A stretch of DNA of 63,812 nucleotides, counting the filler, from Reticulomyxa filosa (lineage: Eukaryota > Protista > Foraminifera): the NCBI GenBank assembly GCA_000512085.1. It is 11 parts of 11 records of this genome, joined end to end, with 100 filler letters (N's around TTAATTAATTAA, not from the genome) between each part and the next. Parts side by side here need not be neighbours in the genome. Positions count along the whole stretch, not along the records: positions 1 to 18,327 come from ASPP01029181.1; 10 more parts are not named here. One strand, given 5' to 3'. A program made the translations under genes and the position numbers. A model generated the notes under the pieces. It did no database searches. It saw nothing but the letters and a program-made list of their open reading frames with translations, and was not told the DNA's origin. This document shows, one piece after another, positions 1-12,200 of this stretch. Within the stretch, counting starts at the first letter, position 1. Each line of letters begins with the position of its first letter.

Positions 1-37
<37 letters not shown>

Positions 38-93
38 TGTTTTATTGCTGTGCACAAAAATGTATTGCCATTTTATAGTTTACATTAATATAG

Positions 94-1200
94 ACTCAAA
101 GGGCAATCGAAACGGTAATCTGGTTTTGGACTCGATTGTCGTGTATCAAGTTTGGATGGATCGATGATTTTAATATTATTATTGCAAAATACATTTTGGT
201 AATATTTGTTCTGTTTATGATATATATATATATATATGTATATGTATTTCCCCTTCCTTCCCTCCAATAATTACAGCCAACCCGGACAGTTGACAAAACA
301 CAGAGGAAATATTTTAAACCACTTCATGATCTCCAATGGCGTGTTCAATCTATCAAAGGTATGTGCTTTTCTTCCGATGGATCCAAGATCGTCTTGTGTT
401 CTGAAGACAAAACAGTTCGAGTGTGGGATATCGCATTGGAAAAAGAAATTCATATGTTGAGGGGACATTCAAATGACGTTGTTGATGCCACATTTTCATT
501 CGATGCCAGTATGATTGTGTCATGCTCGAAAGACAAAACCATTCGATTGTGGGATGTAAAATCAGGATTCGAAATTTGTGTGTTGAAAGGACATTCGAAG
601 TGTGTCACAAGCATCCAATTTTCAGCTGATGGCAAGACTCTTGTGTCAAGCTCATTGGACAAAACAATTCGATTGTGGGACGTCCATGCTGAAAAAGAAG
701 TAAAGAAATTGAAGCATTCTGTAAAAATTACCTATGTACAATTTTCACCTGATAATCAACTGGTCCTATCATGTTCGCTCGATAACAATATTTACATTTG
801 GGACATAATATCAGACACCATAGCTATCAAATTACGTGGTCATTCTGACATTGTGACAAGAGCACAGTTTTCTCCTGATGGTAGATTAATTGTATCTTGC
901 TCTCGTGATAAGACAATTATAATATGGGATGTCGCTTCAGGATATGGATTGCGGGAAATGAAGGGACATTTGGATTCAATAGTTGATGCAAAATTTTCAC
1001 CAGATGGTCAAACTATTGTGTCGTGCTCAAATGATCACACAATTCGATTATGGGATGTGCAATTAGGAATGGAAATGCAGATATTGAATGACTATTTTAG
1101 TACTGTGCCAAGTGCACATTTCTCACCAGATGGTCAAACAATTGTTGCATATTCTGACAAAAGGACAATACAGCTATGGGGACAACTGTGGAACATATAA
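94..1200 (+). CDS. WD40-repeat protein (7 blades), 5'-partial; exons 94-198 and 304-1200
   Basis: ORF 361-1200 has repeated GH...FSxDG...S.S.DxTIRxWD units and extends upstream in frame to an AG at 302-303 (RKYFKPLHDL...). A 105-nt exon 94-198 (TQRAIETVIWFWTRLSCIKFGWIDDFNIIIAKYIL) is flanked by AG/GT. Further upstream exons lie outside the window. Confidence 0.9.
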
Positions 1201-1923
1201 GGTCTAATTGCTACAAATGTCTATTTATGGCAAAAGTTCTATTAATTCACTTTTTGAAATGCCTTGGACAAAAACTTTGTTTTGGATATGAGTGCGTAAG
1301 ACGGCAACCCAAAACAATAGGTTGTAAACACTGGTGTGGTCCAACAAATAAAAGTGTGCCATCACAACTGTTAATTGAAGTCTTTTAAATGTGCACTATA
1401 TCAAATAGCTTACATTTTAAATCTCTGTCTGTAAATACCTAAAGAAAATAAATTTCGGTCATTTTTTACAATATTTTCACTTCCCAACGTGGCCATGTTC
1501 GTATTCGACCGATTTGTCATTGTCATAAGACGTGTTCATTTGTTTTTTCGTGTTATAGAGTGTAGTTTCCACTTTTCATGCAAACTTACTGATTTTTTCA
1601 TTGTCATAACTTTCTTTTTCCATTAACTACGCCTTGATTCAACGAGTGTATCAAAATTGTTCTTCTGTTATCTGGCTCTTAAGTCATTTTTTTTGCTACT
1701 TAGTTGTGACACTGTCACCACAAGAAGGAGCTATTATTTATTTTTTGGGAATAAACAGCATGTTATCCTTATCTAAAGTTTTCTTAAAGATAATGATATT
1801 ATAATAGTTTTTTTAAAATTCTCCCTTTAAGCACAAAACGTCACTTAGATTTGCTTTATGTCGTAAAAAATATTTTGTTGCACTCAACAATGAATGATGG
1901 ATTATTCTTAAAGAACAGTAAGT

Positions 1924-4900
1924 TTATACATCAAAAAAAGAAGATAATTGATGCAATAGTAAATCTATTTGATGATTACGTTTGTATGAGCTCTTCCATA
2001 ATGTTTCCCAGAGCTGAATCGTTCCATCAGTTGCGCATGACACAAGGGTATTACCATCCGGTGAAATAGTTACTCCTATCATTTTTTTTAAGCATTTCAA
2101 TTTTTGAATTTCTACCCCTAATTTTACATCCCATAATTGAATTGAGCCAGCATTTGAACAAGAAACAATAGTATGTTGATCATCTGGAAAGAATTTTACA
2201 TCATTTATAATATCTTCAGCACTTCTTAATGCCTTTAATTCTTTTTTTTTTGTTATTGACATTAAATCCCATATTCGAATTACATCCGAACAGGTGATCA
2301 TGGAGTCACAGTCTGGAAAAAATTGTATTTTTTGTATATTACCTGAATTTTCTTTCCATTCTGCCATTATTTCACGTGATTCTACATCCCAAATTGTAAT
2401 ATTTTTAGAAGAAGTGCCACAAATTAATCGACCACCTGGTGAAAATTGAACACAATGCACTCCATCGCTATTATCTGTTATTAATATTTGTAGTTCGCAT
2501 CCAGATTTTACATCCCATATTCGAACGGTACCATCAAGCGATCCAGATGCAATTTTTTTTCCATCTGGCGAGAATTGAACACTCTTTACACAATTTAAAT
2601 GTCCTTCCAATTGTTTAATTTCTTTCCATGATTGTGTGTCCCACAATCGAATGGTATTATCATTTGAGCACGAAGCGATTATATTTCCATCTGGTGAAAA
2701 ATGTGCATCATTAACAGAACTTGAATGTCCAATTAATACTTGGGCTTCTTTTCCTAAATTTATATCCCATATTCGAATTGTGTTATCACGCGAAGTTGAA
2801 ACAATTTGAGTTCCATTTGGTGAAAAATCTACACTGCTTACGTGATTAGAATGTATTTGAAAAATTTGTGATAATTTAAAATACTTTCTCTATTTTGATA
2901 TGTATTTTTTTTATTTTTGAAGTATATTTATCAAATCAACAAATTAAGATAAATACAATATTACCAGAACGTATCTTAAAATAATGATATTAAAATCATT
3001 AACCCATCCTTTTTTAATAGAGGATAATTTGACCCAATAATGAATTATTTTTGTGATCTCTTTCGTTCTCTTTTGTTTATTATTTTATTATTATATGATA
3101 CAATACATTCAACCAAAAAAATATACAAATTTGTTATTTTTAACTTGTAATCTTTTAATACTTAATCCTTCATTCATATCATCTAATTCTATATTAATAT
3201 CAATAAGAAAGCCTTTTTCTTCATTTTCTGCAATCAATTGTTTTTCTTTTTCTGTTGCTCCTTTCTTCCATTCTTCAACAAAAGGTAGTCCATCGTTAAT
3301 TGTGGATAACATTGATTTTATAAGTGGAGAGTGCTTTTTTGATTTATCTATTTCAGAAAGATATGTATAAAATAAGTTAATATCATGATTACAACAACGC
3401 CGTTTTACAAATTCATTTACTGTTTCTTTATATTTTATTCTATTTTTATAATTCATTTTCCATTGATCAAACCCAGTTAAATATGATTGTACTTTGGAAG
3501 CATTACTTTCAAATTTGTCCAATGTCAAATAAATAAGATTAAGATCAATAAAATGATTTAATGACATGCTAATAGGCATAATTTGCTGTATAAATTGACC
3601 ATATTTTGTCCACGTCAATACTATTATCTGTGTGTCTTTATCTTTATTTTCTATATTTGCATCCCATGGGTATGGATTTTTATCACTAATGTTCATAAAC
3701 GATCTTGAGAATAAAATTTCACGTTTGTATTTATATGGAAACATCCATGATATGTCACAGCTTTCAATTCCACTTGCTCTTCTCATAGAAGGATGGAAAT
3801 TTAAAATACATCCTTGATTGCCTTTATCTATTTGTGCAAGTTTTAAATCATCTGAAGTACTGACATAACTAATAAAAAATGATTTTTTAATTTTTCTGAT
3901 ATTTACTTTTATATCTTTTAATCCACAATACAACTCCATACTATTTTCTTCTCTTCTTTCATGCTTATGTAAAATACTAATAGCTTGATGCAAATATAAA
4001 TCTAAATATTTCCATCGATCATGCTTAAATTGAAATTGATCGTGGCAAAATTGAACACTACATGACTTTTCACCATAAAATAATATTGCACAGATGTGAT
4101 GTAAATGGAGTGGATATCTCATATGTTTATGAATAGCCGAATGATATAATTGTTTTACTTGACGTAATATTGTTAAAATGTTATCATTTAATATCAATTC
4201 GTCAATATTATTTTCATTAAAATGAAGATATTGTTTAATCTTTTGTTGATCTTCCTGCTTTTCCTGAATTAAATCACATAAATAGCCATTTATTATTGCT
4301 TCATGCAAAATATTTTTCATTTCATTCCTACTTGGTAATGGATTAGAATACACCATATTTTGAATACACGTAAATTTGGGAATATCATATTCATAAAGTA
4401 ATGGATTAAGTTGTTGCCTTTTAGTTGTTCTAAATATAGATTCTACATTCACATTTTGTTGAATAGGAATTTTTGTTATATCAATAGTATGTTTGTAAGG
4501 TACCATGAAATATGAACTTACTTTCCAACAAATATCTATACCCTTAATATGTCGATAAATTTCACATAATAATTCATCATCATCAGTTTCTGATAAAATA
4601 CGCGGTTTACACTCGGCAAACTCACGTTCGAATAGAATTAATTCGCTTGTTCCATTATTAAAACAATTTATCACTTTTAATTTTTTCTTTAATCGTTGGA
4701 AACCCTGTTTCAAAGTTGTTTTCTTTGGATTCAAAGGTTCTTCACGTATTTGCGATTCGTTGTCTTTCCATTGAATCTTGAAAGAATTAAATTGCTATGT
4801 TTGTTATATAAGTATATAACAATTTGCTTTTCCATTTTTTTAAGCAAAATAGAGAAATCCTAATTTAACAGAGCAAAAATCCGAAAAACAATCTCTTTCC

Positions 4901-6018
4901 GTTTGATGAAGCATGTGAAAATGCCAGCTTTGATTGAGAATAAGACCACACCACTTTGTATGAGTGTTCCTAACAGCAGAGAAATCATTGTAGTATTCAA
5001 TATCAATATTAAATTCTGAAGAGTTTTGTTTTGGATTTCCAATTTGTAATGTTTTTATTTTTAATTGCTTGGGTTCAAATAACACGATCCTTCGATATGC
5101 ATAGTCAAATACAATTTCATATTCTTCCCATTTCCTATTTTCTAACATCCATACTTTTCTTGGAATATCTGATTTGAGTACATACCTATGTGTAAAACAC
5201 AATCTAATGTTGAACAAATAACAAATAACCTTTTTGTTTGTTTGTTTGAATTGTAACATATATATACATAGATTGTGTATTGATCCATCCACAATAGTAA
5301 TTCCACAATAATAAGAATTGAATATCCTTTTGATAGCATTGATAATCACCATTTGCTTTTTTTTGAAATGCAAATGCCTTTAATTGATTCTCCATATTCA
5401 ATAAAACATTATCGAAATTAGCATTTTTCAACTGACATTTACGCTGTAAATTGCCGCGTAAGCCAGTAATACTGATTCGACGATATTTAACTTTTTTGGG
5501 ATAGCGTAAAATGTTATGTAATACATGCAAACACATGTTTCTCAATATTCCAAATTCACAATTTAGTGTAACGCTATATGACGAAACAATAACAACATTT
5601 ATCACATAAATGAATATATGTATATATATTTTTTTGTAATAAATATGCTCAAGCAAATTTTAACCTTTCAATGTCTTTGATATAACAAATTGGTTTCAAT
5701 TTAAAAAACGTATCAAAATAAATTTGTCCACATTCGTTCCATGTTTTTATAAGTGTTGAATTATCGATATGTTTGTTAAATTCTTCTAACAGCTTCATTA
5801 AATCTTTTTGCTGTTGGTCGGATATTCTGTAATTTTTTTAAATGAATTTATAATTCATAATGTGCGTTTATGATCTTAGTTAACTTATTCTCTGTAATGA
5901 AACATAAGATTTTAGTCGTCTCGTCAACGTCTTCGTTGCAGTGCTTCCATGCAGTGGAAACAATTTTCTTTTTAATATTGGTAAAAGATTGTTGGAGTTG
6001 TTTCATCTGTTTTGTCAT
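1924..6018 (-). CDS. Multidomain protein, ~1212 aa: CUE-like x2, PUB, PH-like, Ubl-like, ADP-ribosyltransferase-like, linker, WD40 x7; exons 6018-5885, 5826-5665, 5573-5268, 5185-4870, 4794-3145, 3069-2965, 2889-1924
   Basis: Six GT-AG introns placed by hand give one continuous frame (134+162+306+316+1650+105+966=3639 nt) with compatible phases and no internal stop. Motifs: LQQSFTNIKKKIVSTAWKHCNEDVDETTKIL (CUE-like), LHNILRYPKKVKYRRI (PUB), LYCGL / YVSTS / CDISWMFPYKYKREILF (ART-like), seven WD repeats. Confidence 0.75.
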
Positions 6019-6440
6019 TGTTAATTTCTTTTTCTATATATTCCTGCTCAAAAAATTGGATTATTTTTTTTAAGTTTTAGTTCGTTGACTCTGATTTCAA
6101 TCCCTTGGTTTTGACCCGTAAATCAAAAAATGGGTCTAGATCTTCATATAAACTGATAACCACATTAATGATTGAATTTTGTCTTTTTTGTAGATTGCAA
6201 ATTTGCTATCTATTGTATGAACAACAGGATAAAAAAGTTCTTTTGTCCATAAAAAAAAGGAGCGCAATTATAAAATATTTTTAGCTAACCCGATGACAGG
6301 GAGAAAGCACATCAAATGGCACAATAAAATCCTTTTGTGATTGTGGCCTGGAGAAATCGTTGGAAGAATTACGAAGGAACTTTGAAGAGTCCTTAGAAGA
6401 GTGAACTGGTGTTTTTTTTTTAACAAAAAAAAAAGAATAC

Positions 6441-6573
6441 CACCAGCAACCACTCCGCAAGACATTGGAGCGTTTTTCACAAAAAAAAAAGAATTAAACG
6501 TACACAAAACAGACACCTAACATCAACAGCAACCACTCCGTAAGACATCGTAGCATTTTTCGCAAAAAAAAAA
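6441..6573 (+). repeat. Imperfect ~50-bp direct repeat (6441-6490 and 6524-6573)
   Basis: caccagcaaccactccgcaagacattggagcgtttttcacaaaa vs caacagcaaccactccgtaagacatcgtagcatttttcgcaaaa. Confidence 0.75.
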
Positions 6574-6616
6574 TAATATCTACATTGGATAAATCAACGT
6601 GTAGATGTGTCAATTA

Positions 6617-9120
6617 ATGGCGATGGAATATTCAGAGGACAAAGGTATAAACACTGAAAAGTTTTTGTTTCATTTTGAAAAGAGAGAAGAGAAATGCTAA
6701 TGTAGGATGTATAGGATGTATTAACAAGATAATCTTATTTGTAACTGAATGAAAAAAAAAAGATACTTTGAATACAAATCAGTATATGGTTATTTTGCAC
6801 GTATCGACAATATGGGGACTCAATAGTGAAAATACGCACACGCACAGAAGTGCTAAGCTCAAAACAATTCCAGAAGACGTAGAAATGGAACATTCTGCGA
6901 ATTATCAGTCGACAGATAGATTGGGCGTGGCGATTACAAAAATCAAGAATGCGCAAGACGACAAGTTTGAATTGAATCGTAATTAGTTGCTGCGAAAAAT
7001 GGAAAGCAGTACTTTGTGTTTGACAAACAGCACTCGTCTAGTGTTGCGACTAAAAGACATTGACAAGATTTTAAAGATCTCTTTCAGCCTGAAGTGCTTG
7101 GACTTGAGTATGATCAGCGAACGGTCAACAAGATTTGCAAAAAAAATTGCAAGTGAATAATCTCGTTGAAACTACTTAAAGACAAACAGGTTTATTTTTA
7201 ATAATATTTTGTAATTTTATTTTGTTTATTCAAATGAACAAATGACATAATAATAAAATACATATATACACATATACAAAGCATTGGAATCGCGTTGACA
7301 AATATAAAAACGCGAATGATGCAGATGGAAAATGAGTTGTTATCAACTGAAACACGCAGTGCATGGTGTTGATGCACTTAGCAAAGACAAATAAAATGAC
7401 ACAGTTGTTGAGAGGAGAGATTGAAAAGAAATTCAAACGCTTGCCACCAAAACAATATAAATAACTCACACAACAGTATGAACTCTCTATTTCCTCTTTT
7501 TCATCACAATATTCACATGAAACTTTGACCAATGTGTTGAAATACTGTGTTACTCCAAGCAAATTGCCTTTCTAAAAAAAATTTGGAGTTTATGTTTAAA
7601 TATAAATGTGTTTAGTCCATATTTCTGATTATGCGTTATGCATTGTTCATTTGTCGGTGAAAAAGTTGATAGATACGAATGCCCGGGAAGAATTGATTAT
7701 TTATGAAGTCGGAGAAACAAATAAATATCAGCGGATAATTGTGCATTGCCTAAAGGCAATAACAAAATGTTGTCTACCAACAAATATTGATGACAATGAT
7801 GAGATCAATGAATTATTCATTGAATTAGAGCAGTATCGGTCAGTGGTGCATAATATATTTTTTTTAGTGTTATACATTTCTTCATTGTGATCATACACAA
7901 TACTAAAATCTGCTAACATCGATCATGTATTGCAAAAGGAGGAAATAAAATTAAAAAAAGGTTTGTAAAAAAATCAAGAAATAATGTCATGACCGAAAAC
8001 AAAAAAAATATATCACGTGGTACAAGAAGAAAGAAATCATTTTTAATACAATTGGTTGATCCTCATGCACCACTTAATACAACTGTGGAGTCGGGATACT
8101 TTGATCTTGTTCAACTCAAACAAAAATAATTCGCATGAAAGATGAGAAAAGCAAAAACTCAATAAAGACATATTGACAATCTCTATCATCCTGTTTGCTC
8201 AGTTTTTTAATATTGAAAAATTTTGAATCGATTGATGAAACATGTCAAGCATCATCGCAGTGCGTGTATTAAAGCCTTTGAAAGAAAAAAAAACTCGATG
8301 AACTCTATCAATTGTCACGACACTGAAGAAAATATGAGCTCTTATAAAGCAATTCATTGTTATGTGGACACTGTTGTCAACTTGGAACCAATTAAAAGAC
8401 AGAACACTTTGGACGAGATTCGCAAAAGAAAGGATACATGCATAATTAGTGATACATGTACCTTGAAGTAAAAAAAGAATAATGATAATTGCGGCAACGG
8501 AAGAATTAATTGTTTGGAGAATATACAATCCAGATTAGTTAATGTGAGACGTTCTGTTTCATCTGTAAAAATAAATGCACATTCTTTTTAGTGTTCGCAC
8601 GTGATTGTCCTTGTTATAGTATAGGTCAGAGAGGAAATGTATGCGTACGCATATAAAGATGAAAAGTAATGAGTCCTGTAAATAAAGAAAATGATAAACC
8701 TGTGGGAGAAATGCAACATGGTGAGGATCAAGGAAAGTACCCAACAGAGCTGGTAGCGTTAATAAGATTATGTGGTCGTGTAATGGAAGAAAAAGAGTTG
8801 AAGAGACAACTCGAAGAGAATAATGGTAATGTATCTGCGATCATTAAAAAGATGGCCTACATTAATAACTCAAAAAGTTAGTTTACACTCGATTCAAAAA
8901 AGGAAATTGATAAGTACGTAGTTTTACATTTAAATACAAATAGAAAACTGATAATGTAGACGCAGAGAATAAGACACAGGAATTGGAAAATAAAAGTGAA
9001 CAAGTTACAGTCTTACATAACTGCTTTTATTTGTTTTATTGTATCGTATATATTTTTTTTGTATTTTTCAAAAAAAGGTAAAAAGTGAGCAAATCGAACA
9101 AAGATTAGACACATGAAATT
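6617..9120 (+). pseudogene. Decayed multi-exon gene with a CUE-like segment near 8740-8860
   Basis: Coding-like fragments (6768-6986, 7606-7890, 8223-8471, 8669-8881) are broken by in-frame stops. ELVALIRLCGRVMEEKELKRQLEENNGNVSAII resembles a CUE/UBA-type helical bundle. Confidence 0.4.
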
Positions 9121-9229
9121 AATTCCAGTTATTAGCGAAAACCGAATCGAATCTATCTGCATATTTTTGACTTTTAGATTTAAAATTCATAAATTTTTTT
9201 TACGATGAATATGATTTGATTGAAGATGT

Positions 9230-12200
9230 CAGGTGAGCTGGAGAATGGCATTGCAATCAATAAAACAAATAAAAAGAAATCAAAAACAAACAAAATTTGA
9301 GGCAAGTATCAAACACTTGCAATCAAATATGCCACCAATTTGGCATTGTTGACTTCACTTCATCTTTGCTCGCGACCACCACAGTCACTTTCCAATTGCT
9401 CGACATGTAGATATTGGTTTCTTAGGAGCCTATGTTATATATGTGTGTATTTATCACAAGTGTTTCCAATCACATTATAAAAAAATACTATAACTTTGAA
9501 CATTGGTTGTGCGGCTCATCACTTCGGTCAATTATGAGCACATTACAAGGATATGGACTTTCAAAATACGATACCAATAATCCATAATCAACGCACGCCG
9601 TTGCTATCATCATTTTTTTTTTTGCTGGGGATTTACTTCAGCATCAACGATAATATTAACAGCAACAACTTGTAATTCCATTTGCACACCTTTAAATATC
9701 TATTCAAAAATTCATACTACATTATAAAAATTTTTATGTGGAATATGTACAAATACTTTTTCAAGGAATGGACACAATCACGATTACAGCGTCAGATAGC
9801 AGGAAAGATGACAAGCGCACAAATTACCAATCAAATACCTTGAGCTCTGTATTGGAATGCGTGCGTTAATTTCAACGACAATACCTCAATCAAGTATGAA
9901 AAATTGAAGATATTATCACTGAAAGGCTCTTCCCCAAAAGCTACCATTTCTTTAGTGGAGTCTTGTCAATGGCAGACTCTTCCACTTTTCGAATTTGAGT
10001 GACTCTGTTTTTGATATCCGAAAAATTAGTTCGTATTTCACAGTGGTCACTTTTTTTGAGATGAGAGAGGATAGAGGGGCTCGGCTGCTGACATAAAATA
10101 TTGCCCACGTATTCACTCAGCAGGGCCAACGCTATCAACACATTGGCAATACTCAAGCTCTTATTTTTATTGATCAAATAATGGAGCGACTTTGAATTAA
10201 TCCAATTATCGATTGGCATATGCGATCTTGTTGTGTTTGTAATAAATGGCGCAACAATATTAGCCACTTCAGCGCACGCCAACAGCAGCAACACCCAAAT
10301 ATCGGCGCACAAACATCAGCCCAATATCTTGAAAAGATTGACAAATGAATAGAAGAGAACATGGATTGCGTTTCATGATCGTCATCATTATAATCATCGT
10401 TGCACTTGACATTGTCACGCACCGTCCAGCAGTTTCCATTGAGGAGCACACTATATGAAATCGTTAAGGATGCGCAAAGTCGTCACTTGTGTGTTTGAAG
10501 AGCCATAACCAAAGTAATATCGACAAACGATCTTTTTTTTCTTTTTAAAACAAATCCAACGATGGTATGGTCTTGGAATAATCTTTCTCATCTTTTTTTA
10601 TCATCATCTTCTTGTTTGCTGGTCACCTTTGGCTTGAGTATCGCAAAAAGTAATCTACCAAATTGGAGCCATAGCAACATCAGGAGAATGGTTCCATGTG
10701 AAAGTGGTTCATTCGATCGCAATATGTGATTATTTCACATAATCTTTTTTTTTCCATTTCTTCGATTAATCCAATTGCTGCTGTGACGATACCATAATGT
10801 TGATATCGCTTTGCTTTGTTTTTTGTGTGGTATTTCCACGTCTTTCTGGGCCTTGATGCTGCCTGACTACGAACGAAAGCAACTTTTTCCAATCAAAAAA
10901 AATTTGAGGCAAGTATTAAATACTTGCGATCAAATATGTCATAAATTTGGCATTGTTTGTACTTCGCTTCACTCTTGCTTGACACCACAACCACCACTGA
11001 GACTTTCCAATTTCTTGATATTATCGCTGGGAACTTGCTATAGCACCAATGACAATGTAAATAGCAAAAACATGTCCATTCATTCCAAAACTTTGTTGAT
11101 ACGCAGTGGAATATCTATTACAATATTTCAAGTAACACATATCACATACATAAAAATAAATAACCAATATACGTATAAAGATATTGTGTTGAATATGCAA
11201 AGATCACACCAAATTGAACCACGATATCGGAAGAATAGTCCCATGTGTGAGAGTGTGCCCACCCGACCGCCATGCGTGATTATGTATTTCATAAACGTCC
11301 ACTTCTTCTTTACCTTGCGTTTTTTCGGCCAATCTAGTCGCTACTGTTATTGCGATACCGCAATATCGATATCATTTCGTCGTTTTCATTTTGCGCGATA
11401 TTATCAAGTCTTTTTTCTTCCTTTGTTCTTGACAAACTTGCCTTTGTAGTTGAATAGCACCAAGATCCAGATCGTCGCGATTGAGCAATGAGAATTTTTT
11501 TCAACGTTTAATGGTATACCGAATTCATTCGTTCTCGTCGCCCTTGTGGTAGGAGACATACTTTGGCATTGGCTAATAGTAGTGGTTGGAAATTCTCGCA
11601 CCCATTGACATACGTACATCCAACAATTTTTGCATTGGCGATATATGATGATGGAGGATGCTATTTGTATTTTATCTTTTTATTTTTAACGCATTCGCTG
11701 TTGTTCTTCTTTCTTGCTTCTTGAACGTCATCCAACAAGTCACCAGTGGTCAATAGTCGATACAGTAAGCAGTTTGGTAAATATAATAGGCGCTTGTTAC
11801 ATAAATGCAAGGCACACAATTTCTTGCAGTGATGGAGTCGGAAAATGCAGCAAACGATATCTATTCACGAATCATTAATGCTCAATGTTGCCTGCGAGTT
11901 TACCATTCTTTCCATCAGCACGCGCATGATTCAAAATCCAACATTTGCGCATGTGCGCACTCACATAACCACTTTCAATTGTTGTTTTGAGTTGATAAAA
12001 TTAGCAATCTATTTCCACTACGACCAGGTTTCCATTGTTCGTTGACACCAGTAGCTCGAAGTTTGATACCATCTTTGCTGTTAATTGTTGGCCAACTGTT
12101 TTCTTTTTTTTTTCCTTTAAACAAATCCAACTTGATAATATTATTTTTCTCTTCATCGTCATCATCCTTTTCCTCTCTTTCTTGCAGGTGTCTTGGAGTT

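Noticed and set aside
3109-4734. Stand-alone bacterial-type ART toxin gene acquired recently by HGT
   Set aside because: The ORF is bounded by spliceosomal introns, matches host AT content and is an internal exon of a larger gene. An ancient origin cannot be judged here.
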